This document shows, piece by piece, positions 34,238 through 38,962 of a DNA stretch of 38,962 nucleotides. Below the pieces are notes generated by a model. That model was not told where the DNA came from and searched no databases. It saw only the letters and a program-made list of their open reading frames with translations. The DNA is taken from the NCBI GenBank assembly GCA_044352505.1, contig JBILDS010000001.1, positions 1 to 38,962 of the forward strand, in the 5' to 3' direction. Position numbers and translations under genes: made by a program. Origin of the DNA: Phycisphaerales bacterium. GTDB lineage: Bacteria; Planctomycetota; Phycisphaerae; Phycisphaerales; SM1A02. Numbering within the stretch: position 1 is the first letter of the stretch; the number at the start of each line of letters is the position of its first letter.

Positions 34238-35074
34238 TCACGCGGCCTTGAGGCGCGTGCTGAGTTCGGTACGGCTGTGGACTCCAAGCTTGCGGTAGAT
34301 GCGCTTCGAGAGCGTGACGATCGTGTGCTCGCTCAGCCCGAGTTCGCGCGCGATCTGCGGGCGCGACTTGCCCGTGTCGAGCGCGCGCGCGACCTCGAGC
34401 TCGCGCGGCGACAGCACCACGCTCGCCGCGTTGCAGAACAGGTTCCTGTGCTCCTCGAAGATCGCCTCCTCGACCATGAACACCTCGGCCATCGGGAGCT
34501 CGGGCTGGTTGAGTTCGCGCATCTCGAACGTCAGGTGGTAGCCCGTCGATCCGGCCGCATCCGCAGATTCCCGTGCGCGGCGCTCGGCATCGACGAGCAG
34601 CGCGTAGGCGCCGCGGAATGCGTCGCGCACGGCGCGCGCATCCTCTTTCGTGAGCACGACGGAGGTCACGCCATGGATCGAGACCCGGTCCTTCCCTTCC
34701 GCCCGTCGGATCGAACTGCATCCTTCGATCACGCGCCGGCTGTAGTCGCGCATCCCCTGCTCAAGTTCCATCATGAGCGCGCGATCGAGCTCGGCCGCCT
34801 TGTCGTACGAAACCACCAGCCGCTCCATCGCGGCGCGGTAGACGACCTGCCTCGTCCTCGCGGACGCACGCTGCTTCGCGACGAGGCCCACCACCTCGAG
34901 GCGGTCGAGCGCCTCCTGCGTCTCCGCAAGCGACGAGCGTGACTCGGCCGCAAGTTGCGCGACGGTATGGCCTTGTTGGCTGCGACGGAGAATCTCCCAG
35001 CGCTGCATCGTGCGGATGTCGCGGAGCACATGCACGAGGCCTGGGGCGGAGATTGAGAGCGACTGGGACTTCAT
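34238..35074 (-). CDS. Transcriptional regulator with N-terminal winged-helix (ArsR/MarR-like) and C-terminal LuxR-type HTH
   Basis: I take the ATG at 35074 (MKSQSLSISAPG...). N-terminal wHTH-like segment (WEILRRSQQGHTVAQLAAESRSSLAETQEALDRLEVVGLV). C-terminal LuxR HTH (LSPRELEVARALDTGKSRPQIARELGLSEHTIVTLSKRIYRKLGV). Confidence 0.75.
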   Translation of the reverse strand: MKSQSLSISAPGLVHVLRDIRTMQRWEILRRSQQGHTVAQLAAESRSSLAETQEALDRLEVVGLVAKQRASARTRQVVYRAAMERLVVSYDKAAELDRALMMELEQGMRDYSRRVIEGCSSIRRAEGKDRVSIHGVTSVVLTKEDARAVRDAFRGAYALLVDAERRARESADAAGSTGYHLTFEMRELNQPELPMAEVFMVEEAIFEEHRNLFCNAASVVLSPRELEVARALDTGKSRPQIARELGLSEHTIVTLSKRIYRKLGVHSRTELSTRLKAA

Positions 35075-35700
35075 GGCGAATCCGATTGGTTTCGTGGAGC
35101 TTGCTGTACGCGGCCGACCGGCACAACGACTGTGCCGCGATTCATGCCGTGCAAGCCATCTCACTCCAAACCATGGCGGCACCCGCGCACATTCCAAATC
35201 AAGACTTATGGCGGAGAGTACGACAGGGTAGACCTGCGCGGGATGTCCGATGTGTGCACGAGCATTCGACTTTGGCTCGCGCTTCATCCATGCCCACGAT
35301 CTCCCGCGGCTGCGTCTTCGCGACCCTTCCCCGATCGTGGCACATCTCTATCGCAACTCGATGCATCATGGCGCCGGAAGCGAGCGGTTTGCTCCGACGC
35401 GACCGAAAACGCGCGCGAAGATCGCAGCATGACGCAGCGCTCGTGCCATCAGCGAGGCACACGGATACATGAGAGTCACCGAATCGCGACAGACACCGTT
35501 GATTGCTGAGCAATTCAATCGCACGCTTACGCTGTAGCCCTCGGAAGCGGCGTTCGGATGTCGAAAGTCGATCCAGTTCTCTCCCTCTCTGCCCGCGAGT
35601 CGCACGCGGCCTGGAAATCCCAGCGCCGTGGACGACTCACCCAACCAAGTCGGGGCCGCTCGGAACGGCGTGCCTCGAAGAGAAGAAAAAGGAACAGCAC

Positions 35701-36381
35701 ATGAAGCATGCAACCCTCGTCGCCCTCTCGCTCGCCCTCGCCACCACCGCGCACGGCGAACTCATCGCCGGCTGGAACATCAGCGCAGCTCCAGGCGGCG
35801 ACCCGCTCCTCGCCCCGACCGCCGCCGCGGGCAGCGTGACCGGCATGAACCTCACCCGTGGCACCGGCCTCACGGCGGTCAACGCGCAGTCGGGCAACTT
35901 CGCTGCCCGAGGCTGGAACCAGCAGGCCTCCGACTACCTGAGCTTCGGCTTCACCGTCGCAAGCGGCTCCTCGGTCAACCTCTCGTCGCTGCAGATCGGC
36001 ACGCGATCGGAGGGCGGCGCCCCTGGAATCCTCGCGCTTCGCTCGAGCGTCGACGGCTTCGGTTCAGACCTCTTCACCTTCAACCAGGCCGCGACCGACG
36101 GCGGCGAATGGGGCCCGGGCGCCGGCTTCATCTTCAGCGTCATCGACCTCAGCGCGCTCACGAACCTCACTGGCACCGTCGAGTTCCGCATCTACCAGGT
36201 CGGCAACACCGCCGCGAACGGCGGCACGCCGGACGCGAACCGCCACTTCCGCCTCACCAACTACTTCCTCGGCGGCGTCGACCAGGGCGACATGAGCTTC
36301 TCGGGCGCGGTCGTCCCCGCCCCCGGCGCGCTCGCGCTCCTCGGCCTCGGCGGACTCGTCGGAGGTCGCCGCCGCCGCTGA
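35701..36381 (+). CDS. PEP-CTERM-anchored secreted protein
   Basis: Internal ATG at 35701. Signal peptide MKHATLVALSLALATTAHG. C-terminus VVPAPGALALLGLGGLVGGRRRR. Confidence 0.75.
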   Translation: MKHATLVALSLALATTAHGELIAGWNISAAPGGDPLLAPTAAAGSVTGMNLTRGTGLTAVNAQSGNFAARGWNQQASDYLSFGFTVASGSSVNLSSLQIGTRSEGGAPGILALRSSVDGFGSDLFTFNQAATDGGEWGPGAGFIFSVIDLSALTNLTGTVEFRIYQVGNTAANGGTPDANRHFRLTNYFLGGVDQGDMSFSGAVVPAPGALALLGLGGLVGGRRRR

Positions 36382-36705
36382 ATGCAGGCCGCAGACAGTT
36401 CTCGTGAAGGCAATGCACCTACGCCAGGCGCGCGGCACGACCGCGCGCCTGGCCATTTTTGGCGAAACCCGTGCACTGCACGCGCCGTTCGCAGGCTGCG
36501 CGCAGGGCGTCCGCCCCGCCGTCCGTTGGCCCGTCCCATCTCTGGGTCTCCGCAGGCGAGGCCCGACGGCGGAATCTCAAGGACTCCCTCCGAGGTGTCG
36601 CCCTGCCTTTCCTGTCTTCAGCGGAGCGTCGGTCCGTTGAGCGCCCGTGGTGCATTCGCGCCACGAGGTCTCCACAGGCATTCGCGTCAAAGGACGGCTA
36701 GAGAG

Positions 36706-38962
36706 ATGAACGACAAGAGCCCCGCCCTCCGCTGGCACCGTCGGCTGCGCCTCGCCTCGATCGCAGCCGTGTTCGCTCCGTGCCGCGCGCGATCGACCTC
36801 CTTCTCCGGACTGCTCGCGCTTGCGTTCGCGGCGCCCGCGTTTGCCGGGGGCGATCTCTCGCCCGTCTCGGTGACCTCGCCCACGACGGCGAACGAAGGC
36901 GCCACGGTCAACGTGAACTGGACCGTCACCAACTCCGGCGACGCGACCATCAGCGGGACCTGGACCGACAAGATCCTCCTCTCGCCCGATGCGACCGCGG
37001 GCGACGACCTCCTCATCGCGAACGTCAACATCTCGGCGACGCTTGCCCCGGGCGAAAGCTACAGCCGCACGCAGAGCGTCGTCCTGCCGCAGGGATCGGT
37101 CGGCGTCCAGCGATTCGTCGTGCAGGCCGACACCGCGAACGTCGTCGCCGAGGACAACGAGACCAACAACACGCGCGTCGACCCGACCGGCACGACGGTC
37201 GCGCCCGCGTTCCCCGATCTCGTGGTGACGAATCTCAGCGTTCCTGCGAGCGCGAACTCCGGCGACTCGATCACGATCAGCTACAGCATCCAGAATCAGG
37301 GCACCGTGGCGGGCGGCGGACGCTTCGACCAGTTCATCGTCTCGGTCGACGGCACGCCCGGCAACTCGGACGACCGCGACATACGCAGCTGGGTCTGGCA
37401 GAGCGGCACCATCGCTCCCGGCGAGACGCGCAACTACTCGACCACCTTCCGCATCCCGTCCTACACGGCCTCGTCCGTGCGGATGGGCGTCCGCGTCGAT
37501 GCGGGCAACAACATCAACGAAGGCCCGTCGGGAGAGGCGAACAACGCGATACTCGGCAGCCTGATGGCCGTCGCCCCCGCCGACATCTCGATCGCGGTGG
37601 CCACGCCCGCGAACGGATTCCCGTCGGGGCCCTTCTCCCTCACCTACACCTACTCGAACAGCGGACTCGGAAGCGTCTACCCCCAGATCGACGGCAGCTC
37701 GCAGCTGTCCGTCAATTCCCGCTACTACCTCTCGACCGACGCCGTCCTCGGCGCGGGCGACATCCAGATCGGCAGCCGCGGCGACCAGTCGGACCTCCTC
37801 AACAGCGGCAGCACCCCGGGCCTCCAGCCCGGCGAGACGCGCGCCGTCACATGGTCGGGCACGCTCTCGTCGTCGGTGCCGCTCGGCACCTACCGCCTCA
37901 TCGTCGCCAACGACTACGAGGACAACTGCTGCAGCGGATCGGACAGCATCTTCGAGGCGCCCGGCACGGAGGTCGAGCTCTTCGTCAGCGAGCCATTCGA
38001 GATCGGCTCCTTCCAGCCCGACCTCGTGGTCACGAACGTCTCGGCGCCAGCGACCGCAAGCTCCGGCGACTCGATCACCGTCAACTACAGCGTGACCAAC
38101 CAGGGCCCGAACCCGAACGCGGGCGGACGCTGGGACCTCGTCATCGCATCCGTCGACGCCACGGTCGGCAACGCGGACGACCGCGACATGCGCAGCTGGG
38201 TCTGGCAGAGCGACACCATCGCCCCCGGCGAGACGCGCGACTACTCGACCACCTTCCGCATCCCGTCGTACACCCCCTCGTCGGTGCGCTTCGGCGTCCG
38301 CGTCGACATCGGCAACAACATCAACGAAGGCCCGTCGGGAGAGTCGAACAACGCGACACTCGGCAACCTGATGGCCGTCGTCCCTGCGGATGTCGTGGTC
38401 GTCGTGACGGCACCGTCGTCGGTGACGGCAGGCGCGTCGCTGGCCATTCAGTACTCGTACACGAACATCGGCCAAGGTTCCGTCTATCCCGTCGTCGATG
38501 GCGTCAGCAACCTGACGCTCACGACGCGCTTCTATCTCTCGACCGATGCAGTGCTTGGAACGGGCGACATCGAGCTCGGAAGCCGCGACGACGCCGAACT
38601 GCTGCGCGCGTCGGGCGGCGTGCCCGGACTCCAGCCGGGAGAGACGATCCCGACCACGGCGACCTACACGGTTCCCTCGTCGACTCCGACGGGCGTGTAC
38701 CGCGTGATCGTGCGGATCGACAACTCCGACCAGTGCTGCGGCGGCGGCGACGCGATCTTTGAAGCCCCGGGTACCGACGGCGAGATCTTCGTGAGCCCGT
38801 CGCCGCTCGCAGGCGACCTCCTCGTCGACGCACTGACCGTCCCCGGCACGATCCAGGTCGGCCAGCCGGCGACCGTGAACTGGACCGTGCGCAACGGCGG
38901 CATCGACTCGCTCGACGGCGCGTGGTTCGACGAGGTGCTCCTCTCCTCCGACAACGCGGTCG
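36706..38962 (+). CDS. Giant CARDB-repeat surface protein, 5' partial (runs off the window)
   Basis: Not in the ORF track because it is open at the 3' end. My hand translation from the ATG at 36706 is stop-free to 38962. It gives a signal peptide (LLALAFAAPAFAG) and repeated CARDB-type modules (PDLVVTNLSVPASANSGDSITISYSIQNQG..., ...NEGPSGEANNA...). Both long ORFs listed here (36780..38762 + and 36577..38475 -) are Arg-rich shadow frames. Confidence 0.8.
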   Translation, partial: MNDKSPALRWHRRLRLASIAAVFAPCRARSTSFSGLLALAFAAPAFAGGDLSPVSVTSPTTANEGATVNVNWTVTNSGDATISGTWTDKILLSPDATAGDDLLIANVNISATLAPGESYSRTQSVVLPQGSVGVQRFVVQADTANVVAEDNETNNTRVDPTGTTVAPAFPDLVVTNLSVPASANSGDSITISYSIQNQGTVAGGGRFDQFIVSVDGTPGNSDDRDIRSWVWQSGTIAPGETRNYSTTFRIPSYTASSVRMGVRVDAGNNINEGPSGEANNAILGSLMAVAPADISIAVATPANGFPSGPFSLTYTYSNSGLGSVYPQIDGSSQLSVNSRYYLSTDAVLGAGDIQIGSRGDQSDLLNSGSTPGLQPGETRAVTWSGTLSSSVPLGTYRLIVANDYEDNCCSGSDSIFEAPGTEVELFVSEPFEIGSFQPDLVVTNVSAPATASSGDSITVNYSVTNQGPNPNAGGRWDLVIASVDATVGNADDRDMRSWVWQSDTIAPGETRDYSTTFRIPSYTPSSVRFGVRVDIGNNINEGPSGESNNATLGNLMAVVPADVVVVVTAPSSVTAGASLAIQYSYTNIGQGSVYPVVDGVSNLTLTTRFYLSTDAVLGTGDIELGSRDDAELLRASGGVPGLQPGETIPTTATYTVPSSTPTGVYRVIVRIDNSDQCCGGGDAIFEAPGTDGEIFVSPSPLAGDLLVDALTVPGTIQVGQPATVNWTVRNGGIDSLDGAWFDEVLLSSDNAV
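37213..38814 (+). repeat. Tandem duplication of a ~804-bp two-CARDB-domain module inside the surface-protein gene
   Basis: Module 1 starts at CCC GAT CTC GTG GTG (37213) and module 2 at CCC GAC CTC GTG GTC (38017). Stretches such as 37375-37580 and 38179-38384 are roughly nine-in-ten identical by eye. Confidence 0.8.

Noticed and set aside
36577-38762. The two long ORFs listed for the last 2 kb (660 aa plus strand, 632 aa minus strand)
   Set aside because: Both are extremely Arg/Asp/His-rich. The third plus-strand frame (from the ATG at 36706) translates into coherent CARDB repeats with a signal peptide and has no stop to the window end.

Overview
High-GC bacterial chromosomal window, roughly 55-73% GC by spot counts of single 60-nt lines. 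I call 28 protein genes and found no rRNA, tRNA, CRISPR array or transposase/integrase. The content (three PEP-CTERM proteins ending in an RRRR tail, CRTAC1/FG-GAP proteins with dockerin-like repeats, a CARDB-repeat giant protein) suggests a planctomycete/Phycisphaerae-like organism; this is inference only.

Gene order:
- BatA-like double-vWA membrane protein
- Divergent pair of PEP-CTERM lectin-like proteins
- Kef/YbaL-type K+/H+ antiporter, translationally coupled to a CRTAC1-like FG-GAP protein
- Convergent CRTAC1-like paralog with dockerin-like tail
- Monomeric isocitrate dehydrogenase
- Small membrane protein
- Secreted SGNH-like protein
- LuxR-type response regulator plus cytoplasmic PAS histidine kinase
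- A protein-damage/dormancy island: host-attachment family protein, Pcm fused to an erythromycin-esterase-family domain, DUF892 ferritin-like, Hsp20, triple-BON, tandem Usp, DUF883/YqjD-like, YqjE-like
- A 13-bp tandem repeat array
- A two-gene unit: small SET-domain methyltransferase overlapping (GTGA) a 1322-aa Pls-type single-module NRPS
- Convergent thioredoxin(CPPC)-CopA operon
- rpmE and prfA
- wHTH+LuxR regulator
- A third PEP-CTERM protein
- The 5' 2.25 kb of a CARDB-repeat surface protein running off the window

The best candidate for a new system is the SET-domain methyltransferase + Pls-like synthetase pair (A-PCP, six TM helices, three tandem soluble domains, as in epsilon-poly-lysine synthetase). 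It lies downstream of the 13-mer array and of one copy of a recurrent intergenic palindromic motif, AGGTTCTGTCTG.

All functional calls rest on motifs read by eye from the ORF translations. No database search was possible.
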